NCBI GenBank assembly: GCA_944320495.1
Contig: CALUHR010000013.1
Location: forward strand, 487,931-551,930
Reading direction: 5' to 3'
Source of the DNA: Candidatus Methanomethylophilaceae archaeon
GTDB lineage: Archaea; Thermoplasmatota; Thermoplasmata; Methanomassiliicoccales; Methanomethylophilaceae
DNA: 64,000 nt
Shown piece by piece: positions 48,844 through 57,924 of the stretch. Position 1 is the stretch's first letter. Each line of letters opens with the position of its first letter. The translations under genes and the position numbers were made by a program. Below the pieces are notes generated by a model. It had not been told where the DNA came from. It saw only the letters and a list, made by a program, of their open reading frames with translations, and searched no databases.

Positions 48844-48999
48844 CGAGGGCATCCTCGAGGAGGGCGGTCAGCGGACCGCCCCTTCCATGAGGGGAGGGTC
48901 GTTCCGCAGATGACACTGCCGGTACTGGACGGTTTTTCGGCTGTATGGCCCATGGTCGAGATAGCAGTCCTTCCTCGACATCGTTTCAATCCACCTGGG

Positions 49000-49654
49000 A
49001 AACGTTCGGCAGTAATCGGAGGGGCACCATCAGTTCGATTGGCCGATTCTTCTCCTACGGTTTTTCTGTTCCTGTTGAACGGGTCCGATACGTCGATCCC
49101 GAACAAATCCAGTATCCTGGACGACTTCATCCCTATCGAGGATCTGAACGTCTTGTCCCATATGACTGCGATGGAATATGACGATGCGATGTTCAGGGCC
49201 ATGTCAACGGTGTACTTCGACCAGAGCCCACGTCTCGATCAGCGGATTGGACTTCCTGCTGGACGACGGCCCCTCGGAGATCGTGGACGGGTCGTTCATC
49301 CCTGCCGCTATGGTGGTTCTGGGCATCATCTCCCTGGGCGTCTGCATATTCGCCCGCTATCACAGGAACGTCGTCGGAACCGTCGTGATATTCATCGTTC
49401 TGGCGGGTGGTGCACTGGTTCTGTCCGATCTGGTCGGAAGCGGTGCCGTGATAACGAACGTGGAGAACCCTCCGTTCGAGGGCATGACGGAAGTCACCCT
49501 CTGGCTTCAAGGCCTGTTCCCTCTGGAGATCCTCCATGGGAACATCACGGGCGGGGCCGGGAGACTGGTTGCGACCGCGGGACTGATCATCGCATTCCTC
49601 GGAGCAGCGATCATGCAATACCATAATCCGAACAGGGCAGCCGGTCCGCAATGA
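49000..49654 (+). pseudogene. Frameshifted membrane protein remnant
   Basis: Protein-like segments switch frames (…MEYDDAMFRAMSTVYF in one frame, HVSISGLDFLLD...three TM helices in another). Boundaries are approximate. Confidence 0.4.
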
Positions 49655-49694
49655 AGTGATTCCAGAACATCCGATGTCGGAAACAAACCCTACA

Positions 49695-49735
49695 GTGGCC
49701 ACCGGCCTCCATCGACGATGGAGGCCGGTGGCCAC
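49695..49735. repeat. Perfect 19-bp inverted repeat with a 3-nt loop
   Basis: GTGGCCACCGGCCTCCATC-GAC-GATGGAGGCCGGTGGCCAC. Confidence 0.9.
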
Positions 49736-49776
49736 AAACCAGTTTTGTGATTCCTATCTCAGTCAGATTGCCCCCA

Positions 49777-49912
49777 TCACGAGCAGGTGTTGCGACGATG
49801 TCTGAATCTACGAGCACTACGATCGACTCATTGTTCTCGATCTGGGCGAAGATGCGGTAGCCAATCGCTATGTGGCCTTATATTCCCGTGAATCTCCTTT
49901 GGGAGCTTTGCC
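49777..49912 (-). pseudogene. RelE/ParE-type toxin remnant
   Basis: Across three frames: GKAPKGDSREY / GYRIFAQIENNESIVVLV / HRRN, matching the RelE pattern GKxLKGDL...YRI...I.D..VLV..GHRR. Confidence 0.5.
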
Positions 49913-50031
49913 CGTGCATCCCACGTCGTATCAGTCGTGGAACGGAGCCATCTGAGAGGTCTCGACGAGAATCGCCCCATCCGAACGTGAGGTGAACAGA
50001 GGGATCACAGAACATCGCCGGCCGAGGGAGG

Positions 50032-50107
50032 TGGTGGGCCTGCCCGGATTTGAACCGGGGTCAATGGCTCCCAAAGCCACAAGTATACCAAGCTAGCCCA
50101 CAGGCCC
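50032..50107 (-). tRNA. tRNA-Pro (anticodon TGG), CCA encoded
   Basis: GGGCCTG/CAGGCCC acceptor, GTGGC-TTTGGGA-GCCAT anticodon arm, GGTTCAAATCC T-loop; TTTAACTA promoter at about 50141-50134. Confidence 0.95.
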
Positions 50108-50149
50108 ACTGGGACGTCCGATTGCTTGACGATAGTTAAAGGTTCGCCG

Positions 50150-51469
50150 TCGGTTCTCCCACGGCATCCTCGGGTCGAGGAGCTCCGTCAGGAGCAGTGG
50201 GTCGACGGTGTCTATCGTCGCTTCGGAGTCCAGGATCTCCATGGTTTTCGTGTCCAGCTCCTTCCCGATCCCGGAGATCGGCCCCTCGCGCTCCAACATG
50301 GCGGCGGCGGTTGCGTACTGTCTGTCCGCGACGACCACCCAGTGCCCGTTTTCGATGAACGGCTCGCCGTGAGGATTCCCCTTCCATCTCTCGAGGAACG
50401 GCGCGGAGTCCACCCATACGGGCGGGCCGATGTGCCTGTGCGTCGCCGGCAGGACGTCGCACTCCAGCTCGAAGGCCACGGTCATGTGCGTGTCGTCCAT
50501 CGCGTGCTCCGCCCTGAGGACGCTGAACCCGAAGGAGTCCAGCCTCTTGGCGAGGGCGTTCTGGGTCTTCCACAGCTGGGACTGCAGGTTGTCTTCGATC
50601 GCATCCGGTCTCGGGAAGCGTACGGCGGTCAGCCTGGAACCGTGCGATGCGATCCTGGCCTCCAGCACCCCGCGGTCCATGGGGGCCCTCGCATTGGGGA
50701 AGAAGAACTCCATCCTCGGCTCCCTCAGGTACTCCCTGGCGGCCTGGATGAACAGGCACATGGTGTCCAGGTGGACAGCCGATGCGACGTTGCGCCTGTT
50801 GTCCACCGGGTCGTACACCACCAGCGGGGCATCCATCTTCGGACCTCTGCCGCGGACCTCGATGACGTTGTGCTCGCGCCATCTCGACGCGGCCTCCAGC
50901 ACCCCGCGGAAGCTTCCGAACCTCACTACGAGGACCTCGCACAGGTACCCGGAGAAACCCCTGGAGTCCTGCTCCGCGCCGTAGGTGCCGATGCCCTTCA
51001 TGAACTTCTTGAGCAGGCGGACCTGGTTGCATCCGGCCTCATCCAGGCTGGATTTGATGAATGCGGTGTGGAACGGGGTGCGGTCGACGGCGCTCTTCAG
51101 ATGCTCGGTGCTGTCGATGCGGAAGCACGGCACCATGTCCACCTCGATGCCCTCGAAGACCCCCCTGGTGTAGGGGTGGTCGGAGAACATCCTCTCGCCG
51201 TGCAGTATGTCCTCGCCGGCCTGCAGCCCGATCCTCCTGAGGTCCTCGGGGCTGACCTCCGGAGGAAACATCAGGAACAGGTCGAGGTCCGGATCGGCCA
51301 GGAACGTGTTCTTGGAGAAGGACCCGGCGAACCTGGCCTCGGCAGTGATGCCGTGGGAGGCGACGTAATCCTCCACGAGGGCCTTCAGGCGGTCCGCGCG
51401 CTCCCGTATCGATGCGACGGTCTCCGGCGAAGGAACGATCCTCTCAAGCACCACATCCTCGAGTTCCAT
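50150..51469 (-). CDS. cca: CCA-adding enzyme (archaeal class I)
   Basis: GSFSKNTFLADPDLDLF, HPY, DMVPC, SAVDRTPFH, VRLLKKFMKGIGTYGAE, GFSGYLCE, DPVDNRRNVASAV. CGA at 50152-50150 gives 439 aa; canonical stop at 50093 lies inside tRNA-Pro. Confidence 0.92.
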
Positions 51470-51582
51470 GGCCTCACGGATGCGGATGTGTAATATAAAA
51501 CTGGGTCGGGTAAACCCGGAGCGGACGGGGGATCGAACCACCATGGGTACAATGAGGGGCGTCGCCCCTCATTGAAACGGTT

Positions 51583-53250
51583 TCAGCACCTGTAGGCGCA
51601 ACGGCCCATGACCATGGCCGCGTTGGGGTCCGCGGGGACCATCGGGAGCACGTGCTCGTTCGGGTCGCACATGATCTCGACGATGCAGCTCCTTCCGCAG
51701 TCCCTCGCGTGGAGCAGGGCGTCCCGGATCTCGCCGGGCCTCTCCACGCGGATCCCCTCGGCCCCGAAGGCCTCGGCCATCTTCACGAAGTCGGGATCGC
51801 ACTTCAGGGTGGTGGCGGAGTATCTCTCGTTCCAGAAGAGCTTCTGCCACTGCCTGACCATGCCCAGGGTGCCGTTGTTCAGCAGGACGACGGTGACGGG
51901 CAGGTCCTCGGCCATGGTTGTGGCCATCTCCTGCATGACCATCTGGAACCCTCCGTCGCCGGTGATGGCGATGACGTGCTTGTCGGGCTTGGCGGCCTTG
52001 GCGCCGATGGCGGCGGGGAGGCCGTACCCCATGGTCCCGAAGGTACCGGAGGAGAGCAGCTGACGGGGGCGCTCGATGTCGAGGAAGTGCATCGCCCACA
52101 TCTGGTTCTGTCCGACGTCGGTGGTGACGATGGTGTCCTCGTCGATGATGGAGTTCAGCTCGTGCATCACGGTCTGGGGCTTGATGGGCGTCCCGTCGAT
52201 CACGGGGTCGCAGCAGCACCTGACCTTCGCATCCCTGGCCCTCTGGGTCCAGTCGTCGGCGACGCTGTTGGAGCCGAGGCGCTCGAGGATCATGCGCAGA
52301 GCCCTGCCGCAATCGCTCAGGAGGTTGACGCACGGGTGCTTGTGCTTGCCGAACTCGACCGGGTCGACGTCGATGTGGACGACGCGTCCGTTCGGGTTCT
52401 GCATCCTGCATCTCTTGCCGTAGGTCCTGTCGGAGAACCTGCTGCCTACGGAGATGATAAGGTCCGCGTCGTTCATCATCTCGAGGGCGGCCATCCTCCC
52501 GTGCATCCCCAGGGGGCCCATGCAGAGCTCGTAGGATGACGGGACGATCCCCATGCCCATGAGGGTGGTGTCAACCGGTGCGCCGAGGCGTCTGGAGAGG
52601 GCCATGACCTCGTCGGAGGCGTTGACAGCCCCTCCGCCGCAGAGTATGACGGGGTTCTTGGCGTCCCTGATCCACTGGACCGCCTCGTCGAGGCCGCTGA
52701 GGTCCTCGACTATCGGCTTGATGCCGTACTCCTCGTCCAGGAGCGCTGGGTCGATGGAGGCGTTCATCTGGTCCACGGGCAGGTCGATGTGGACTGGTCC
52801 GGGGCGGCCGGTCTGGCAGATCTCCCATGCCTCCTTGATGGCATGGGGGAGCCTGTTCACGTCCAGGACCCTGAAGTTGTGCTTGGTGATGGGCATCAGC
52901 AGGCTGTACGCGTCGACCTCCTGGAAGGCTCCGAGCCCGAGGGACCCGACGCCGACCTGTCCGGTCAGGGCGATCATCGGGACCGAGTCGGCGTAGGCGG
53001 TGGCGACGCCGGTGACCAGGTTGGTGGCACCGGGTCCGCTGGTGGCGATGCAGACGCCCGGCCTTCCGCTGGCGCGGGCGTACCCGTCCGCCATGTGGGC
53101 GGCGCACTGTTCGTGCCTCACGAGGATGTGCCTGAGGTTCGCATCGTAGATCTCGTCGTAGATGGGGATGACGCTTCCGCCCGGATATCCGAAGATGGTG
53201 TCCACGCCCTTGCGCTCGAGCATCGTGACCAGTGCCTTCGTGCCCTTCAT
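51583..53250 (-). CDS. ilvB: Acetolactate synthase large subunit (paralog 1)
   Basis: FGYPGG, VRHEQCAAHMADGYAR, TSGPGATN, TDVGQNQMW, GTMGYGLPAAIG, GDGGFQM, LNNGTLGMVRQWQ. Confidence 0.92.
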   Translation of the reverse strand: MKGTKALVTMLERKGVDTIFGYPGGSVIPIYDEIYDANLRHILVRHEQCAAHMADGYARASGRPGVCIATSGPGATNLVTGVATAYADSVPMIALTGQVGVGSLGLGAFQEVDAYSLLMPITKHNFRVLDVNRLPHAIKEAWEICQTGRPGPVHIDLPVDQMNASIDPALLDEEYGIKPIVEDLSGLDEAVQWIRDAKNPVILCGGGAVNASDEVMALSRRLGAPVDTTLMGMGIVPSSYELCMGPLGMHGRMAALEMMNDADLIISVGSRFSDRTYGKRCRMQNPNGRVVHIDVDPVEFGKHKHPCVNLLSDCGRALRMILERLGSNSVADDWTQRARDAKVRCCCDPVIDGTPIKPQTVMHELNSIIDEDTIVTTDVGQNQMWAMHFLDIERPRQLLSSGTFGTMGYGLPAAIGAKAAKPDKHVIAITGDGGFQMVMQEMATTMAEDLPVTVVLLNNGTLGMVRQWQKLFWNERYSATTLKCDPDFVKMAEAFGAEGIRVERPGEIRDALLHARDCGRSCIVEIMCDPNEHVLPMVPADPNAAMVMGRCAYRC

Positions 53251-53332
53251 CGTAATCGTGTGTCGGAAAGTGGGATAGGATAAAAGGGGTTGCACGGGGG
53301 TGTGGGGCGGCGGGGTCTCCCCCGCCTTGGTT

Positions 53333-54991
53333 TCAGAAGTGGCAGTCTCCCTTGATGATCGGGATCTTGGGGTCGTTGGGCAACATCGGGAGGATGTCCT
53401 CCTCGGGGTCGATCATGATCTCGACGATGGTCGTGACATCGGACTCCATCGCGTCCTTGAGGGCGTCGTATATCTCTCCGGGCCTCTCGACCCTGATGCC
53501 CTTCGCGCGGTAGCCCTTGGCGATGGTGACGAAGTCGGGGTCGTCTCCGAGCTCCTGGGCGGAGTACCTCTTGCCCCAGTAGTGCTTCTGCATCTGCCTG
53601 ATCATGCCGAGGCATCCGTTGTTCAGCAGGACGATGGTGACCGGCAGGTCCTCCGCGACCGACGTGGCGAGCTCCTGGATGACCATCTGGAGTCCGCCGT
53701 CCCCTGTGACGGTGACGACCTTCTTGTCCTTCATGGCGGCCTTCGCGCCGATGGCGGAAGGGAGGCCGAACCCCATGGTGCCGAACGTCCCGGACGATAT
53801 GAACTGGCGCGGGTGCTCGATGTTCAGGTAGTGCATCGCCCACATCTGGTTCTGTCCGACGTCGGTGGTGATGATGGTGTCGTCATCGATGAGCCTGTTG
53901 AGCTCCTGCATGATCCTCTGGGGCTTGATCGGGACGGCGTCGTTGTCGGGGGTGATGTACGAGTCCGCCTTCAGCTGCCTGGCGTGGCTGTTCCAGGACT
54001 CCCATCTCAGCGGGGCGGAGCCGAGGGCGCAGATGAGGCCGCGGATCGCCTTGCGGGCATCGGCCTGCAGATTGACGCACTGGTGCCCGTGCTTCCTGAA
54101 CTCGGTGGGGTCGACGTCGATGTGGATGACCCTCCCCTGGGACATGCGGTCGTGGGGGCTGTAGGTCCTGTCCGAGAACCTGCTGCCTATCGATATGATG
54201 AGATCGGCCTCGGCCGAGAGCTGGATGGCTGCGAGTCTCCCATGGAGGCCCAGTGGTCCCATGTTCATCTCGTACGAGGACGGGACGACGCCCATGCCCA
54301 TCAGCGTGTTGACGACAGGGGCGCCCATGAGCCTCGCGAGCTCCATGACCTCCGCGGAGGCGTTCATCGCCCCTCCGCCGACGAGGATCAGCGGCCTCTG
54401 GCTCTCGCGTATCCACTGGACGGCCTCGTGCATACCGGAGAGGTCCTCGGTCAGTGGCTTGACCCCGTACTCCTCGTGTAGCAGCGCCGGGTCCAGGTCC
54501 TTCCCCATCTGGTCGACGGGGAGGTCGATGTGGACCGGTCCCCTCCTGCCCATCTGGCATATGTCCCAGGCCTCGCTGATCGCGTGGGGGAGCCTCTCGA
54601 CGTCCAGGACCCTGAAGCTGTGCTTGGTGATCGGCATCAGCAGGCTGTAGGCGTCGACCTCCTGGAACGCCCCCTGTCCGAGGGATCCGGCGGCGACCTG
54701 CCCGGTGAGCGCTATCATCGGCACGGAGTCCGCGTAAGCCGTGGCGATTCCGGTGACGAGGTTCGTGGTGCCGGGTCCGCTGGTAGCCAGGCAGACGCCG
54801 GGTACGTTCTTAGCCCTCGCGTATCCGTCCGCCATGTGGGCGGCGCACTGCTCGTGCCTGACCAGGATGTGCCTGATGTCGGAGTCGAGCAGCTCGTTGT
54901 AGATGGACAGGACGCTTCCACCGGGGTATCCGAATATGGTGTCGGCGCCTCTCTCCTCCAGCATGCCAAGGAGCGCTTCCGTGCCTCTCAT
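53333..54991 (-). CDS. ilvB: Acetolactate synthase large subunit (paralog 2)
   Basis: Same motif set; RBS GGAGG before ATG 54991. Confidence 0.9.
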   Translation of the reverse strand: MRGTEALLGMLEERGADTIFGYPGGSVLSIYNELLDSDIRHILVRHEQCAAHMADGYARAKNVPGVCLATSGPGTTNLVTGIATAYADSVPMIALTGQVAAGSLGQGAFQEVDAYSLLMPITKHSFRVLDVERLPHAISEAWDICQMGRRGPVHIDLPVDQMGKDLDPALLHEEYGVKPLTEDLSGMHEAVQWIRESQRPLILVGGGAMNASAEVMELARLMGAPVVNTLMGMGVVPSSYEMNMGPLGLHGRLAAIQLSAEADLIISIGSRFSDRTYSPHDRMSQGRVIHIDVDPTEFRKHGHQCVNLQADARKAIRGLICALGSAPLRWESWNSHARQLKADSYITPDNDAVPIKPQRIMQELNRLIDDDTIITTDVGQNQMWAMHYLNIEHPRQFISSGTFGTMGFGLPSAIGAKAAMKDKKVVTVTGDGGLQMVIQELATSVAEDLPVTIVLLNNGCLGMIRQMQKHYWGKRYSAQELGDDPDFVTIAKGYRAKGIRVERPGEIYDALKDAMESDVTTIVEIMIDPEEDILPMLPNDPKIPIIKGDCHF

Positions 54992-55219
54992 TGATTTCCT
55001 CCAGGCTGGCATCGTGCCGTCGAGTTATAACCGTGATGGCCTGTCCGGGAGGTCGGGAGCAAGCCTCCGTCCCTTTCGCGGGGACGTCCGTCGGGGACCG
55101 CGGGTCCTGGGTCACACCCAGTTCCCGGGGAAACCCGCGAGCGGCGCCGTGCGCGCGCCCGTCGCATCCCGACGCTAACCCTAATAAACGTCACGGCGAT
55201 GGCCGAGCCAGGTTATTCC

Positions 55220-56239
55220 ATGGCTAAGGTCAGGGTTGGAGTCAACGGTTACGGCACTATAGGCAAGAGGGTGGCCACGGCCATCGCCAAGCAGGACGAC
55301 ATGGAGCTCGTGGGCGTCACCAAGACCAGGCCCAACTACGAGGCTCTGGACGCGCTCTCGAAAGGATACGGCCTCTACATCCCCGAGGAGAGCGTCGAGG
55401 CCTTCGAGAAGGCCGGCGTGAAATATTCCGGCACCATCAAGGACATGCTCGGCAAGGTCGACATCGTCGTCGACTGCACCCCCGGCAACGTCGGGGAGTA
55501 CTATAGGGACATGTACAAGGCCGCCGGCGTCAAGGCCATCTTCCAGGGCGGGGAGGAGCACAGCCTCACGGGCATTTCATTCAACTCCACCGCCAACTAC
55601 GCGGAGTCCTGGGGTGCGCCCATGTCCAGGGTCGTCTCCTGCAACACCACCGCTCTCCTGAGGACCCTCTATCCCATCGACAAGGCGCTCCGCATCAAGA
55701 ACGCCTACGTCACGATCGTCAGACGCGCGGCGGATCCCGGCGACAGCAAGGGCGGCCCCATCAACGGCCTCGAGCCCTCCGTCAAGCTCCCCACGCACCA
55801 CGGCCCCGATGTGCAGAGCGTCATGCCCTGGCTCAACATCAACACCATGGCTGTGAAGGCGTCCACGACCCTCATGCATGTGCAGACGGTCGTCGCCCAG
55901 CTCTCCCAGCAGACCACCACCGAGGAGGTCCTGGACATCCTGAGGCAGGCCCCCAGGGTCAGGCTCGTGAAGAGCTCGGACGGTATCAAGTCCACCCCGC
56001 AGATCATGGAGCTGGCCCGCGACCTCGGCCGCGACCGCTCCGACATGTACGAGATCGTCGTCTGGGAGGACGGCTTCAAGGTCGTCGGCGACACGCTGTA
56101 CTACTACCAGGCGGTTCACCAGGAGTCCGACGTTGTGCCGGAGAATGTGGACTGCATCAGGTCCATGTGCAAGATGATCCAGGATCCAGCGGAGTCGGTC
56201 GCCAAGACGAACGCCTCCATGGGTATCGGGAAGAACCGA
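55220..56239 (+). CDS. gap: Glyceraldehyde-3-phosphate dehydrogenase (archaeal type II)
   Basis: VGVNGYGTIGKRVA, VVSCNTT, THHGPDV, HQESDVVPENVDCIR, KTNASMGI. CGA at 56237-56239 gives 339 aa; canonical stop at 56545 lies inside pgk. Confidence 0.93.
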
Positions 56240-56249
56240 GGTCTGGGAC

Positions 56250-57485
56250 ATGGACAAGCAGTTCAACACGCTCGAGGATTTCGACTTCAGGGACAAGACG
56301 GTCCTCCTCAGGGTGGACATCAACTGTCCTCTCGACAAGAAGACCCTGAAGATCGTCAACGACGCCAGGATCAGGAGGATAGTCCCGACGGTGCGCGAGC
56401 TCGTCGGCAAGCGCGCCCGTCTGGTCATACTCGCGCACCAGAGCCGCAAGGGCGGATGGGACTTCATCCCCCTCGAGCAGCATGCGGAGCTTCTGTCCAG
56501 ACACCTCTGCATCCCGGTCAAGTACGTCGACGACGTCATCGGTGAGAAGGCCGTGGAGGCCATCAAGGACCTCGAGCCGGGACAGGTCCTCCTGCTCGGC
56601 AACGTCAGGGAGCTGGACAGTGAGACCGCCAAGGGCGACATGGACATGCACGCCAAGGGCGAGATCGTAACCACCCTGGCGCCACTCATTGACTACTACG
56701 TCTGCGACGCGTTCGGGGCCTCCCACAGGTCGCAGTGCTCGCTCGTGGGCTTCGAGGCCCGTATCCCTTCCGCATCCGGCAGGCTGATGGCCAAGGAGCT
56801 GTACGCACTGGACGCGATCTTCGGGGATCCCCGCAGGCCGTCCGTGTTCATCCTCGGAGGGGCCAAGTTCGGCGACGTCTCCGAGATGATCGATAGGGTC
56901 CTCGGCAGCGGCATGGCGGACACCGTAATCCTTGTCGGCCTCGTGGGCAACGCGTATCTGCTCGCCCGCGGCGTCGACATCGGCGAGGCGAGCAGCAGGG
57001 TCCTCCAGGACGAGCTGACGCCCGAGAACCTCCAGGCCGCCAAGGACATAATGTCCAAGTACGGACAGAGGGTCCTCCTCCCCGTGGATGTCGCGGTCGA
57101 GAGGGACGGGAGGCGTGTCTCGGTGAACATCGGCGACCTTCCCACGGCGGAGCCGGCGCTGGACATCGGCGACGCCTCCGCGGAGAAGTTCCGCAAGGTG
57201 CTCCTCTCGTCGAAGACGTGCTTCATGTCCGGCCCCGCCGGGATGATCGAGAAGGAGGGCTTCGAGGTGGGCACCCGTGTGATCATGACCGCCATGGTCG
57301 ACAGCGGTGGGCAGTCCGTCATCGGCGGCGGTCACACCGGGGGAGCCGCGGAGAGGTTCGACCTCGCCGACAGGTTCTCCTACGTGAGTACGGGCGGAGG
57401 CGCTCTGGAGACCTTCCTTCTCGGCAAGCCACTGCCGGTCATAGAGGCGCTCAAGCGCTCGAGGACCGAGTTCGGCAAGCCGTGA
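56250..57485 (+). CDS. pgk: Phosphoglycerate kinase (archaeal)
   Basis: LRVDINCP, LAHQSR, DAFGASHRS, GGAKF, GGGHT, STGGGA. Confidence 0.93.
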   Translation: MDKQFNTLEDFDFRDKTVLLRVDINCPLDKKTLKIVNDARIRRIVPTVRELVGKRARLVILAHQSRKGGWDFIPLEQHAELLSRHLCIPVKYVDDVIGEKAVEAIKDLEPGQVLLLGNVRELDSETAKGDMDMHAKGEIVTTLAPLIDYYVCDAFGASHRSQCSLVGFEARIPSASGRLMAKELYALDAIFGDPRRPSVFILGGAKFGDVSEMIDRVLGSGMADTVILVGLVGNAYLLARGVDIGEASSRVLQDELTPENLQAAKDIMSKYGQRVLLPVDVAVERDGRRVSVNIGDLPTAEPALDIGDASAEKFRKVLLSSKTCFMSGPAGMIEKEGFEVGTRVIMTAMVDSGGQSVIGGGHTGGAAERFDLADRFSYVSTGGGALETFLLGKPLPVIEALKRSRTEFGKP

Positions 57486-57529
57486 CGTCAACGAACAATA
57501 TTTAAAAGGGAAATCAGGATGCGGACGCG

Positions 57530-57898
57530 ATGGCCAAGAAGAAGAGGCGGATCATAGAGCAGCCCGAGGAGGAGTACGAGTTCACTCCCACCGAGTTCAA
57601 CGAGAGGGAGTTCATCCTCAAGGACATCTACATGACCAAGATCTTCCTCGTCGTGATGGTCCTGGGAGTGATCGTCGGCGTCGTCGGAGCGGTCATCACC
57701 GACCTCTTCGACATGGGATGGGTCGTGGCGACGCTGATCGCGTTCGCCGTCTGCATAGGTCTCAACAAGATCCTCGCCCTGATGAAGTTCAGGATGGACA
57801 TGGTCGAGACCAAATCCATGCTCGGGAACTATCTCCTGTTCCTGTGCCTGGCCCTCGGTATCTGCATCCTGCTGATCAACGAGCCGTTCCATCTCTGA
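57530..57898 (+). CDS. Conserved hypothetical membrane protein (3 TM)
   Basis: Charged N-terminus (MAKKKRR...EEEYEF), three hydrophobic helices, host codon bias. Confidence 0.7.
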   Translation: MAKKKRRIIEQPEEEYEFTPTEFNEREFILKDIYMTKIFLVVMVLGVIVGVVGAVITDLFDMGWVVATLIAFAVCIGLNKILALMKFRMDMVETKSMLGNYLLFLCLALGICILLINEPFHL

Positions 57899-57924
57899 AC
57901 GGCGCCCTTATTTTTCAGAGGGGC

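Noticed and set aside
49178-49200. In-frame CGA near the start of ORFs 49178..49654 and 48910..49626, a potential counter-example to CGA as stop
   Set aside because: Both lie in a frameshifted, decayed region and upstream of the protein-like segments, so they are not internal codons of an intact gene.
55036-55070. SRP RNA, because of the GGGAGCAAGCC similarity to helix 8
   Set aside because: Lacks the conserved CAGG-GNRA-AGCA geometry and there is no room for a ~300-nt archaeal SRP RNA.
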